Below, piece by piece: positions 28,100-38,057 of a DNA stretch of 64,000 nt (position 1 is the stretch's first letter; the number at the start of each line of letters is the position of its first letter). The stretch comes from Candidatus Poseidoniaceae archaeon. Lineage in GTDB: Archaea > Thermoplasmatota > Poseidoniia > Poseidoniales > Poseidoniaceae. The stretch is taken from contig JAOMTZ010000004.1 in assembly GCA_028356125.1 (NCBI GenBank), forward strand, positions 25,552-89,551, read 5' to 3'. The translations under genes and the position numbers were made by a program. The notes below the pieces were generated by a model, which was given only the letters and a program-made list of their open reading frames with translations, was not told where the DNA came from and made no database searches.

Positions 28100-29146
28100 T
28101 CAACCACGTAATTGTGCAATTACGTCATCAAGTTTAGCAGCACTAGGCCTAAGAATGTCATCTCCCATCTCGACTATCGGGGTATCATGTAGTTCTAGGT
28201 CGTCTTCTAGAGCAGGTTTTTCTCCGTCGAAGTAAAGCAATCCCATTACGTGCTTTTTGTCAGCATCTGCTTGATGAAGAGCACCTAGTGCAGCAACGGC
28301 ATCTGAGATGTCGTGGTCCTCGGAAATAGTTTCCAAGCGCATAGTTGAGCCATCATGCAGAGTAATGTCTCTAAAGGAACCAGCAGGTACTTCCACTTGT
28401 TCTAGCGGTGAGAAGTGCGGAATATATCCTACAGAGTGTAACTCGGCTTGGTTATCCTTGACATATCCGTATGAGCGAAGAGATTCATCGTTGTTGTTGA
28501 AAGTAACACAAGGGCTGATTACATCGATCAATGCAAATCCTTTGTGAGACATTGCAGCCTTGATAATTGCAGTCAATTGTTTCTTGGAACCGCTGAAAGA
28601 ACGTGCTACGAATGAGCAACCCAGGTTGATAGCCATTGCACACAAATCGATAGGCTGTGTTTCATTAGTCGCTCCTTTCTTCTTCTTCGAACCCACGTCT
28701 GCTGTAGCAGAATATTGGCCCTTAGTCAGACCATAAACACCATTGTTTTCAATGATGTAAACCATGTTGACATTTCGCCTTATTGCGTGAATAAGTTGAC
28801 CAATTCCAATAGATGCAGAGTCTCCATCTCCTGAAACACCAAGGTATGTTAGGTCCTTGTTGACAACATTAGCTCCAGTAGTTACCGAAGGCATTCTGCC
28901 GTGGACCGTATTGAATCCGTGAGATTGACCTAGGTAGTAAGCAGGAGTCTTGGATGAACAACCGATTCCACTCATCTTTGCAATTCTGTGTGGTTCCAGA
29001 CCATTTTCCCAAGCGGAGTTTACAATCACGCTAGAAATCTGGTCGTGTCCACATCCTGGGCAAAGCGAAGATTTCCCGCCAGTGTACGAATCCTTAGGCT
29101 CGTTGATAACATTGAGTTTGATTGCTTTTACAGGCTTTTCACTCAT
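28100..29146 (-). CDS. korB: 2-oxoacid:ferredoxin oxidoreductase beta subunit
   Basis: CPGCG, SGIGCSS, HGR, GDGD, YGLTKGQYS, SPCVTFN. Confidence 0.92.
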   Translation of the reverse strand: MSEKPVKAIKLNVINEPKDSYTGGKSSLCPGCGHDQISSVIVNSAWENGLEPHRIAKMSGIGCSSKTPAYYLGQSHGFNTVHGRMPSVTTGANVVNKDLTYLGVSGDGDSASIGIGQLIHAIRRNVNMVYIIENNGVYGLTKGQYSATADVGSKKKKGATNETQPIDLCAMAINLGCSFVARSFSGSKKQLTAIIKAAMSHKGFALIDVISPCVTFNNNDESLRSYGYVKDNQAELHSVGYIPHFSPLEQVEVPAGSFRDITLHDGSTMRLETISEDHDISDAVAALGALHQADADKKHVMGLLYFDGEKPALEDDLELHDTPIVEMGDDILRPSAAKLDDVIAQLRG

Positions 29147-30930
29147 GCACCCACCTCCTTTAGAACTTCCATGATACGCTCAGCATACAATCTTGCACGA
29201 GGTGGCATTCCATCACTGTATGCAACGCTGTGCATCTTGTTTAGTAGATGGTTTGGATACTCTTTACGCATGATTCCATTCATTTGTGCATCGCGATTTA
29301 TTTCTAGAATAATCACTGTGTTGTGCCTCTCTATGAATGCTTGAACTTCACTGTGAAGTGGTAGCGCCCTTACTCTACAAGTGCTTACTTTCTTTCCAGT
29401 CATTCCTTCTAGAATGTCATCGATTTCTTCGATGGTGTTCTCCATTGAACCATAGAATACAATCCCAATATCTTGTTCTTCTTCTTCTCGCATAACTGGT
29501 GCTGGTAACTTATCGCGTGCTCCGTCAATCTTACGCTTCAAGCGCTGCATTAACTTGTAGTAGACATCAGGCTTTTCTGAATAAGCGCCATCTTCATCGT
29601 GCCCAGTACCTCTGTAGAGTATCGGATCTAATCCTGAACCAGGTAGTGTTCTGTATGGGATTCCATCGCCATCAACATCTCTGTAACGGCCATAATTTTC
29701 GATTGAATCCAGTTGCTCTTTGGTAAGAACAACCTTTCCTCTATCCATTGGTACATCAGGGTATTCAAATCCATGAGATGCCCATCTGTTCATTCCTAAA
29801 TCTAGATCAGAGAATCCGAAGACAGGTGTTTGATATCGCTCTGAAGCATCAAACACTCTCCATCCAAACTCAAAGCACTCTTCAACAGTTCCCGGTATGA
29901 AAACGATGTGTTGTGTATCTCCATGGCTTCCTTCGTAAAGCATTGCCAAATCTCCTTGTTGGGTTCTAGTTGGCAATCCAGTGGACGGTCCGACTCGGTT
30001 AACATCCCAAAATACAGATGGTACTTCTGCGAAATATGCTAGGCCAATAAATTCCTGCATTAGAGAGATTCCAGGTCCGGATGTAGCCGTTATTCCACGA
30101 GCCCCAGCCCAGCCTGCTCCAATGACCATTCCCGCAGCGGCCAATTCATCTTCTGCTTGTAATACTGCATAGGTTGCCTTACCTTCATGAGTTCGTAATT
30201 CAGGTAACCAAGCAATAATTCCTTCAGCTAAACTAGATGATGGTGTAATTGGATACCAAGACAACATTTGGACTCCTCCAAATATTGAGCCAAGAGCCAC
30301 TGCTTCGTTACCTTCAACGAAGAATCCACCTTCTTTTCTTTCTCTAGCCTCAACAGTGTAAGGGTCTGACTTTGTGAAATTTTCAGCACAGTAGCTACGG
30401 CCTAAACGGGCTGCTTCAGAGTTCAATTCAATTGCTTTTGCTTTACCACCGAATTGTTTTGAGATTGCTTCTTCCAGAACCTGTTGGTCCATTCCTATTA
30501 ACTCAGCAATAACTCCGACATAAACTACGTTCGCAATCATTCTCGCAAGTTTTGGATTTAAGCCACGGGCGATTTTTGTCATCGGTACCGGGTAAGAGAT
30601 TATGTCTTCTCGATTCATTTCCATCTTAGAGTCTGTATTCCAAATGACTACTGTTCCTGGCTCTAAACCTGCCAAATCTTCATCCCATGTTGCGGGGTTT
30701 ACAAGAACCTGAATATGTGTTCTATCACCTGGTGCTTGGTACCCTAAATCGGAGAGGCGAACGATGTACCAAGTCGGCAATCCTGAGATATTGGAAGGGA
30801 ATAAATTCTTTCCACTTACAGGGATTCCCATGTCAAATAATGTCTGTAAAAGAATTAGGTTCGCAGATTGAGAACCGGTTCCATTTGCTGTTGCTATGTT
30901 GATGGTGAAATCGTTTACGACCTTGTCCAT
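29143..30930 (-). CDS. korA: 2-oxoacid:ferredoxin oxidoreductase alpha subunit
   Basis: YPITPSS, QAEDELAA, TSGPG, GPSTGLPT; start set at MDKVVND. Confidence 0.92.
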   Translation of the reverse strand: MDKVVNDFTINIATANGTGSQSANLILLQTLFDMGIPVSGKNLFPSNISGLPTWYIVRLSDLGYQAPGDRTHIQVLVNPATWDEDLAGLEPGTVVIWNTDSKMEMNREDIISYPVPMTKIARGLNPKLARMIANVVYVGVIAELIGMDQQVLEEAISKQFGGKAKAIELNSEAARLGRSYCAENFTKSDPYTVEARERKEGGFFVEGNEAVALGSIFGGVQMLSWYPITPSSSLAEGIIAWLPELRTHEGKATYAVLQAEDELAAAGMVIGAGWAGARGITATSGPGISLMQEFIGLAYFAEVPSVFWDVNRVGPSTGLPTRTQQGDLAMLYEGSHGDTQHIVFIPGTVEECFEFGWRVFDASERYQTPVFGFSDLDLGMNRWASHGFEYPDVPMDRGKVVLTKEQLDSIENYGRYRDVDGDGIPYRTLPGSGLDPILYRGTGHDEDGAYSEKPDVYYKLMQRLKRKIDGARDKLPAPVMREEEEQDIGIVFYGSMENTIEEIDDILEGMTGKKVSTCRVRALPLHSEVQAFIERHNTVIILEINRDAQMNGIMRKEYPNHLLNKMHSVAYSDGMPPRARLYAERIMEVLKEVGA

Positions 30931-31074
30931 TTCGGGTTTTCCCCTTAGGCTGGGCCCCCTACGGGGGATTACCATTGCGCACCTGCGTTGGCTTACGCTC
31001 TTTGAATGTGTTGATGATATTTTCACAATTCCCCTAAGGGTAGGCCTCAAAACTGTTAGCGGTTTCGGATTATC

Positions 31075-32211
31075 ATGGCCGATGAAAAGATTGCTGATGG
31101 TTGGAAGGATGTAGAGAAGCTTCTAACCAAAGGTAAAACCAATGGAGCGCTAGATATTCTTCGGAAAATCGATCCTGATGGAAAAGAAGCTACAACGCTT
31201 CGTTTAGCAGGACAAGCAACATTCATGCAGGCTAGTAAAAGTAATTCAAGTTCAGATTACCGTAAAGCCGCAAAGTTGCTTCGAGATGCAGTAAAAATGA
31301 ACCCTCGAGATAAGCAATCTAGCGCACTCTATAACCAAATACTGAATGAGATGCAGGATAACTCCATTTCAGAAACAATCTTTCCAAGGCTGACCAATGA
31401 TGGCACTCCTACTCCTGCTGGACTTTTTGCAATTGTAGCAGCGCTATTGATTATCTTGGCAGCTATACAGTTTGTCCAAACCGATGATGAATTTGAAGAT
31501 GCAGAAGCAGTAATGAGAATAACCTGGACAGATGATTCAGGTATTCTGCATGACGAGAAGGTAACAATTGCATTACATCGTGCTGAAGCTCCATTACATG
31601 TCGAGAACTTCATTCTCTTGGCAGAAGATGGTAAGTACGACAATGTCATTTTCCATAGAGTAATTGGTGACAACCCGCAAACTCCAGAGAATGACCCCTT
31701 CATGATTCAAGGTGGCGATTTTGAACTAAATAGCGGTGCTGGAGGTTATACTGCAAAATGGTACGGTTACTGTAATGGTAAAACTACAAACTCAGAAGGG
31801 GTCGAATACACTGCGGAGACCTGTCAATTGAATCAATGGTCTCTACCAAGCGAGCACACTAATGGATTAAGACACGGTGTAGGTTCTCTTGCTGCAGCGC
31901 ATGCAGGTCTAAACACAGATGGAAGCCAATTTTACATCGTACCTTCCGATTCAAACCCTTGCTGGTTAGATGGAGACCAAGAACAGGCGCCTAATGGAGG
32001 CGGTTGTGTTGAAAACAAGAACAAAGATTGTTCATCAAGTTCCTGCCACACAGTCTATGGAACGGTTACAGATGGACTCGAATACATAGATGCAATTTCT
32101 AATGTCAACACAGGAGCGAACGACAAACCATCGTACGACGTCACCATTGTGTCTATCGAAATTACCGATTACGGAGTCGTTGACGGTGAAGCATGGTACA
32201 AATTCTGGTGA
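31075..32211 (+). CDS. Cyclophilin-type peptidyl-prolyl isomerase with N-terminal TPR-like region and TM
   Basis: APLHVENF, FHRVI, FMIQGGD, GSQFYI, HTVYGTV. Confidence 0.85.
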   Translation: MADEKIADGWKDVEKLLTKGKTNGALDILRKIDPDGKEATTLRLAGQATFMQASKSNSSSDYRKAAKLLRDAVKMNPRDKQSSALYNQILNEMQDNSISETIFPRLTNDGTPTPAGLFAIVAALLIILAAIQFVQTDDEFEDAEAVMRITWTDDSGILHDEKVTIALHRAEAPLHVENFILLAEDGKYDNVIFHRVIGDNPQTPENDPFMIQGGDFELNSGAGGYTAKWYGYCNGKTTNSEGVEYTAETCQLNQWSLPSEHTNGLRHGVGSLAAAHAGLNTDGSQFYIVPSDSNPCWLDGDQEQAPNGGGCVENKNKDCSSSSCHTVYGTVTDGLEYIDAISNVNTGANDKPSYDVTIVSIEITDYGVVDGEAWYKFW

Positions 32212-32243
32212 ATGTTTCCCTAGTTATGTTGATATGATTTGGC

Positions 32244-34913
32244 ATGCCGCATCGCTCTATGAGCGACTCGGGCCACTTCTCTTCGAAGAGAGAATTTTCA
32301 TTAGGTGGACACTACCATTCTTTGGATTCTCTTGATGAAGCCGGATTAGATACATCTTCTCTTCCTTATTCTATTCGAGTATTGCTGGAAGGGGCACTAA
32401 GGAACTGTGATGGCTTCTTAATCACAGAAAAAGATGTTAGGAACATCGCTAATTGGACAGCGAACGGTGAGCGTGGAGAAATTCCTTTCAGACCTTCCAG
32501 AGTTATCCTTCAGGACTTCACGGGAGTTCCTGCAGTTGTAGATTTAGCGGCTCTGAGAGATGCAATGGTTGAGATGGGCGGCGACCCGGAAAAAGTAAAT
32601 CCTCAAGTCCCAGTAGATTTGGTAATCGACCATTCTGTCCAAGTAGATGTTTCAGGGTCTAGTGCAGAAGCACTTGAAATGAACTTAGATATCGAATACC
32701 ATCGAAATATGGAAAGATATACTTTCTTGAAGTGGGGGCAACAATCACTAGAAAATTTCCGAGCAGTTCCTCCTTCCAGAGGAATTGTGCATCAGGTAAA
32801 TCTAGAATGGATCGCTACAGTAGCTCGCCAAGAAAACGGAATTTGGCTACCAGACTCTCTGGTCGGGACAGACTCTCACACTACTATGATCAACGGACTC
32901 GGCGTCCTTGGTTGGGGTGTTGGTGGAATTGAAGCTGAGGCTGTTATGCTAGGGCAACCAATCTACATGCTATCTCCTGATGTCATAGGTTTCCGCCTGA
33001 ATGGCATTCTAAACCCTGGCGTCACTGCTACGGATATGACATTAAGAATCGTAGAATTACTTCGTGAACACGGTGTAGTTGGAAAGTTCGTAGAATTTTT
33101 CGGAGAAGGTATGGCTGCTCTATCATTGCCTGACCGTGCAACTATTGCTAACATGGCGCCTGAATACGGGGCAACTTGTGGTTTCTTCCCAGTTGATGAC
33201 AATACTCTATCTTACATGCGATTATCTGGACGAGAAGAGGAACATATTGCAGGGGTTGAAGCATACTGTAAAGCCCAAGGTTTGTGGTACGACTCGTCTA
33301 CTCCAGAGAAGAGTTACACAGCCCTTCTTGAATTGGACTTGTCAACAGTCCAACCTGCTCTTGCAGGTCCAAAACGCCCTCAAGACAGAGTGGATTTATC
33401 GAAAATGGCTTCACACTTCGAAGAGTCACTGACTCACGAGTTAGGTCATCAGGGGCATGGTCTTTCTGAATCTGACCTTTCCAAGTCCTCATTGGTAGGA
33501 GATGAGTATGACTTGAATCACGGTGATGTTGTTATTGCAGCAATTACCTCATGTACTAACACTTCAAACCCAGGGGTTATGTTAGCTGCAGGCTTGTTAG
33601 CACGTAATGCAAGAGAGCGTGGCCTAATGGTCAAGCCATGGGTCAAGACATCACTTGCTCCTGGTTCAAGAGTTGTAACAGAATACTACGAAGCAAATGG
33701 TTTGGATGTAGATTTAGCAGCATTAGGATTCAATAACGTAGGATACGGTTGCACAACTTGTATTGGTAATTCGGGACCTCTTCCTGAAGACATAGAGGCG
33801 GCGATTGATGATTCTGGTTTGATTGTAGGTTCCGTAATCTCCGGGAACCGTAACTTCGAAGGTAGAGTCCATCAGAAAGTAAAGGCCTCTTATCTTGCAA
33901 GTCCTCCGTTAGTAGTTGCATATGCAATCGCTGGAAGTTTGAATGTAGACCTGACTAGAGACCCACTTGGTATTGGCAACGATGGTAATCCCGTCATGCT
34001 TTCAGATGTTTGGCCAGATGACGAGCAGTTATCTGCTGCAATGGCTAACATTACTCCCGAGATGTTTAGAGAAAGATACTCCACTGTAATGCAGGAACCA
34101 AGATGGGATTCCATTCCAAGCGAAGCATCTCCTCTTTACCCGTGGCAAGATGACTCTACTTACATCAGACTTCCGAGTTTCTTCCAAGGTCTATCCAAGA
34201 ATGCACAACCTATTGAATCAATTTCTGGAGCGAAGGTATTGCTCAAGTTAGGTGACTCGATTACTACAGATCACATTTCTCCAGCGGGGGCATTCCCAGA
34301 TGATGGGCCAGCCGGCAAATGGCTTACTGAAAGAGGAGTTCAGAAAGGAGATTTCAATTCATTTGGTAGTCGCCGTGGAAACCATGAAATCATGATGCGT
34401 GGCACATTTGCGAATGTCAGAGTTCGCAACCAAATGGCGCCAGGAACAGAAGGAGGATTCGCAATGAATCACAAAACTGGGCAAATCGAATCAGTATTCG
34501 ATGCGGCCATGGATAGCGAATCTCCAATGGTTGTTTTAGCAGGTTCACAATACGGCACAGGTAGTAGTAGAGATTGGGCTGCGAAAGGCACATATTTACT
34601 AGGTGTGAAGGCAGTTATTGCAACATCTTTCGAAAGGATTCATCGCTCTAACCTAGTTGGTATGGGTGTTCTTCCACTGACTTTCAAGGACGGTGAAGAT
34701 GCCGATGTCCTTGGCCTGGATGGAACAGAATCCTTCGACATACCTGTTACGGACGATGTCAAGGCTCTACAAGAATTGACAATTACTGCTAACAAATCAG
34801 ATGGTAGTAGCGTTAGTTTCGTTGCAGATGTGCGCCTAGACACTCCAGTTGAAGTTGATTATTATCGAAACGGAGGAATCCTCCACACAGTGCTGAGGAA
34901 TCTGGCACAATAA
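32244..34913 (+). CDS. acnA: Aconitate hydratase A
   Basis: QDFTGVPAVVDLAA, DHSVQVD, SCTNTSNP, GCTTCIGNSG, TTDHISPAG, GSSRDWAAKG. Confidence 0.97.
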   Translation: MPHRSMSDSGHFSSKREFSLGGHYHSLDSLDEAGLDTSSLPYSIRVLLEGALRNCDGFLITEKDVRNIANWTANGERGEIPFRPSRVILQDFTGVPAVVDLAALRDAMVEMGGDPEKVNPQVPVDLVIDHSVQVDVSGSSAEALEMNLDIEYHRNMERYTFLKWGQQSLENFRAVPPSRGIVHQVNLEWIATVARQENGIWLPDSLVGTDSHTTMINGLGVLGWGVGGIEAEAVMLGQPIYMLSPDVIGFRLNGILNPGVTATDMTLRIVELLREHGVVGKFVEFFGEGMAALSLPDRATIANMAPEYGATCGFFPVDDNTLSYMRLSGREEEHIAGVEAYCKAQGLWYDSSTPEKSYTALLELDLSTVQPALAGPKRPQDRVDLSKMASHFEESLTHELGHQGHGLSESDLSKSSLVGDEYDLNHGDVVIAAITSCTNTSNPGVMLAAGLLARNARERGLMVKPWVKTSLAPGSRVVTEYYEANGLDVDLAALGFNNVGYGCTTCIGNSGPLPEDIEAAIDDSGLIVGSVISGNRNFEGRVHQKVKASYLASPPLVVAYAIAGSLNVDLTRDPLGIGNDGNPVMLSDVWPDDEQLSAAMANITPEMFRERYSTVMQEPRWDSIPSEASPLYPWQDDSTYIRLPSFFQGLSKNAQPIESISGAKVLLKLGDSITTDHISPAGAFPDDGPAGKWLTERGVQKGDFNSFGSRRGNHEIMMRGTFANVRVRNQMAPGTEGGFAMNHKTGQIESVFDAAMDSESPMVVLAGSQYGTGSSRDWAAKGTYLLGVKAVIATSFERIHRSNLVGMGVLPLTFKDGEDADVLGLDGTESFDIPVTDDVKALQELTITANKSDGSSVSFVADVRLDTPVEVDYYRNGGILHTVLRNLAQ

Positions 34914-34953
34914 GACCGGTGGGTTGATTTCCCACCACCATTAGGGTGATTAC

Positions 34954-35601
34954 ATGCAGGAGTTGAGAGGATACGTTCGCTATCGCTTCCGCAGTGAGGA
35001 AGAAGACATAGATGTCTTGCTTGAAGGGGACGCTGATTGGGTAAGAGGCATTGTTGCTGAACTCGGCCTAAGGAAGGTCGGTTGGATGATGCCTATGGCA
35101 GTTGACAGCACCAAGATTTCTAATTCAGGAATAGCTAGTGATCCTGATGTAATGCCTTCGGGTAAACCAAAAGATATGGGCCCGGAGCCAGACCCTTCTC
35201 GAATTCCAATCATTCGTCGACCTATTGGGCAACTCGACTTAACTGCCAAATTAATCGAGGTTGGTCTTGAAAATCCCGTCCGCCCCAACTCAGACGAGTT
35301 AAGAGAACAGTTGGATGAACTTGAGGAACCGCACCCTGCTCAAGGCCCCATGGTCAAAGATCCAATGGCAGAATCTTGGTTGAAGGAATTACTGCGAATT
35401 GTTGTTAGGAAATACGGGGTAACTGCAATTTCAACTGAAACAATCGCACTCGCTGCAAGCGATTACCTCGGGGACAGGGAAGGTCTAGAACTTGAATTAT
35501 TCTTGGAGAGTATGTTTAGGGCTGGAAAAATAGTGAAAGTTCACGGTGGAGATGCTACCGGATGGGGACCTTCTCCTGCTTGGTTATCCTCTGGACTATG
35601 A
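34954..35601 (+). CDS. Hypothetical protein
   Basis: 215-aa ORF with GGGTGA SD; possible C-terminal winged helix. Confidence 0.7.
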   Translation: MQELRGYVRYRFRSEEEDIDVLLEGDADWVRGIVAELGLRKVGWMMPMAVDSTKISNSGIASDPDVMPSGKPKDMGPEPDPSRIPIIRRPIGQLDLTAKLIEVGLENPVRPNSDELREQLDELEEPHPAQGPMVKDPMAESWLKELLRIVVRKYGVTAISTETIALAASDYLGDREGLELELFLESMFRAGKIVKVHGGDATGWGPSPAWLSSGL

Positions 35602-35744
35602 TTTAATTTATCAGTTTCAGCGTTATTCGGCTATCCGTTGCACTGCGTGGCTATTTCTCTATTTTAGAAAACTCACCTTCCCAAAGGAATTAAAGTGGTA
35701 ATTGAACTCCGAAGAAGCGAGTGATGATGATGCTTTGGAAGACT

Positions 35745-38057
35745 ATGAATAAAGACGGACGCGCTAGAGCGCTACTCCTTGTCTTAGTAATGCTACTTTC
35801 AACGACTGCCGCGAACCTTGTTTCCGCATCGACTTCAAGAACATATACAACAGACACAGACCCTGTAGATGTTGCTCTTGGAGACTTCGATTGTGACGGA
35901 GACCTAGATATCGTAACAGCCAATGACCGTAGTACGAAAATAACTGTATTGTGGAACGAAAATGGACAATTCCAGAAGCGTTCTGATATTTGGACATCGG
36001 CCAATGCGAATCAGGATGCGAATTTCGAAGATCATTCCAACACTCAGCAAGTCGAAGTCGGTGAATTCACCGGAGACGACGCAATCGACATCGTAATTTA
36101 TGCTCGTAACAGGCCTTTGAAGCAGGATGCATCTGGCGCAATCGTTGTTGACAAGCCAGGTAACGTTACAATCATAGAAAACGATGGATGCAGCGTTGAC
36201 ACATTCTCAATCGGACAGCAGTTCGATGTTGTTTGGATGTGGGATCTTGCTGTAGCAGACTTGAATGATGACGACAACGACGATATCGTCACTTTAGAAT
36301 TGCTAGCCGATCTTAAGAATCAACGCACAGTCACTTACATGGGCCCAATCACCTCAAGCACTCAGGGGCAGATTACCAGCCTAGGCGACTCAACTCAGAA
36401 CTCTTACACAGAACTGGAATTGGGAGATTGGGGAGAACCTAGTCAAACAAACCCAGTTAGTGGAAATTGTGATGACGTAGACATGTGGCTAGTTCGCAAT
36501 CAAGGTGTAGACTATCTTACAGGGGCGGCAACCAATCCAGGTAAGTCTGACAACGTTACAGTAGTGGAATTCAACTGTTTAACTAACTCATTCCCTGCCA
36601 CAGTGACATGGAGCCCAACAGGAGGAGCAGGTCTTCACGTACACGCTCTTGGACCTGATTTCGGTGGATTTGACATCGCGGATATTGATAACGACGGAAT
36701 TATTGATGTTGTAGCAATCAACGATGAAAACACTGAGAACGTCACCTATGCAACAATCACCCAATCTACACACACATACAGTAATTCAAAGACTGTATAT
36801 TTCGGTCCTTACATTGCGTGGGAAGTAACTGTTGGAGAATTGAATGGTGACGGGGAGCCAGATTTCATTCACGCTGCTAAGTTCAAGCAATCCAACTCTA
36901 CGTCCTCTACTGGTGACACAACTACCAACTATTATCTGAACCTGCCAACTAGCGTTCAAGTTACACTTTCAAATGGTAACGGTGGACACATGAATCCTCT
37001 AGAGTACTTTGGTGCTATGAGACCTACAACAGTTGCAATCGGACAAGTGATTGGCGGACCTAACAGTGCCCCTGACTTAATCGTAGGCCACGGCGCTTAC
37101 GACCAGTTCACCTATGATGACAACTTCGGATGGGACGGCTCATATGACCGAATCGTTGTTATCGAAATGGACAACAAGGACCTTGCAGTATCTGGAATTG
37201 ATATTTCTCCTACCGATGCATATATCGGCGCTCTTGGTGAAGGTAACCGTGAAGTCGAAGTTACTGTAACAAACACAGGAATGGATGTTCTAAATGGGCA
37301 AGCTACACTTGATGTAGAAATCAAGGAGGTTGATGAAACAGCATCCACTAACGTCACAGTCTATGCAATGGACTGGGACAATCCAGAAGACACATCTGGA
37401 TGTGGAACTGGTTGCAGTTGGACTACTGAAGCATATTACGGTGTAAGTCACTGGCACGAAGAAGTTGCTGCTAACAGCACAGTAGGCCACACATCCGGTA
37501 ACAATGCAGCATCAGAATCTGCTAACGCAAACAACCCAACAGACTTCATGTGGTCTGGTGTAATGAAGACCAACTCCAGTGGAGACACATGGTCTGGTTA
37601 CGAACCTAACTGGGACGAAGGACTTGTCCTGAATGATGTTGACTTGACCGGTGCAGACCGTGCATACATGAGTATTGAAATATTCAGGCACTTGGGTCTA
37701 GCAGATCTATACACTCAAGACCAAAATGGGTTCGTTCTTGCTGAAGTCTGGGATGATGCAGCAATGATTGAAGTATTCTCTGAAGACTTAGGATGGGTGA
37801 CAATTTCTTGTCCAACGAGCGCTTACTTCGCTAACCAATGCCACTCTCAAACCAGTTACTGGGGCGGTTATGATAACGGCCGACTAGACAGCCAACAGAA
37901 CACTGGCCTGGATGCTGCAATATACCGATATGGTGGTGCAATTCCTGGTACTCAGTACGGTTGGGGTAACTTCACCGAAGAAGACCTTGGTTCATTCGAT
38001 CTATCCCGCTTCTCTGGAGAAACTGTTGATATCCGTTTCAGATTCAAGTCTGAATGA
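35745..38057 (+). CDS. Large surface protein, N-terminal part (FG-GAP/VCBS repeats), ending at an in-frame TGA
   Basis: Signal peptide; GDFDCDGDLDIV, ADLNDDDNDDIV, ADIDNDGIIDVV and GELNGDGEPDF repeats; same frame as the 38187 ORF. Confidence 0.8.
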   Translation: MNKDGRARALLLVLVMLLSTTAANLVSASTSRTYTTDTDPVDVALGDFDCDGDLDIVTANDRSTKITVLWNENGQFQKRSDIWTSANANQDANFEDHSNTQQVEVGEFTGDDAIDIVIYARNRPLKQDASGAIVVDKPGNVTIIENDGCSVDTFSIGQQFDVVWMWDLAVADLNDDDNDDIVTLELLADLKNQRTVTYMGPITSSTQGQITSLGDSTQNSYTELELGDWGEPSQTNPVSGNCDDVDMWLVRNQGVDYLTGAATNPGKSDNVTVVEFNCLTNSFPATVTWSPTGGAGLHVHALGPDFGGFDIADIDNDGIIDVVAINDENTENVTYATITQSTHTYSNSKTVYFGPYIAWEVTVGELNGDGEPDFIHAAKFKQSNSTSSTGDTTTNYYLNLPTSVQVTLSNGNGGHMNPLEYFGAMRPTTVAIGQVIGGPNSAPDLIVGHGAYDQFTYDDNFGWDGSYDRIVVIEMDNKDLAVSGIDISPTDAYIGALGEGNREVEVTVTNTGMDVLNGQATLDVEIKEVDETASTNVTVYAMDWDNPEDTSGCGTGCSWTTEAYYGVSHWHEEVAANSTVGHTSGNNAASESANANNPTDFMWSGVMKTNSSGDTWSGYEPNWDEGLVLNDVDLTGADRAYMSIEIFRHLGLADLYTQDQNGFVLAEVWDDAAMIEVFSEDLGWVTISCPTSAYFANQCHSQTSYWGGYDNGRLDSQQNTGLDAAIYRYGGAIPGTQYGWGNFTEEDLGSFDLSRFSGETVDIRFRFKSE

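Noticed and set aside
34918-34936. Hairpin after acnA as an iron-responsive element
   Set aside because: Only a 6-bp stem (ggtggg/cccacc), and the loop lacks CAGUG.
38055-38057. Selenocysteine or genetic-code reassignment of TGA
   Set aside because: TGA terminates many genes here, the context is not a redox Cys motif, and no SECIS or sel genes were seen. The tRNA present is Gln(CTG), not a suppressor.
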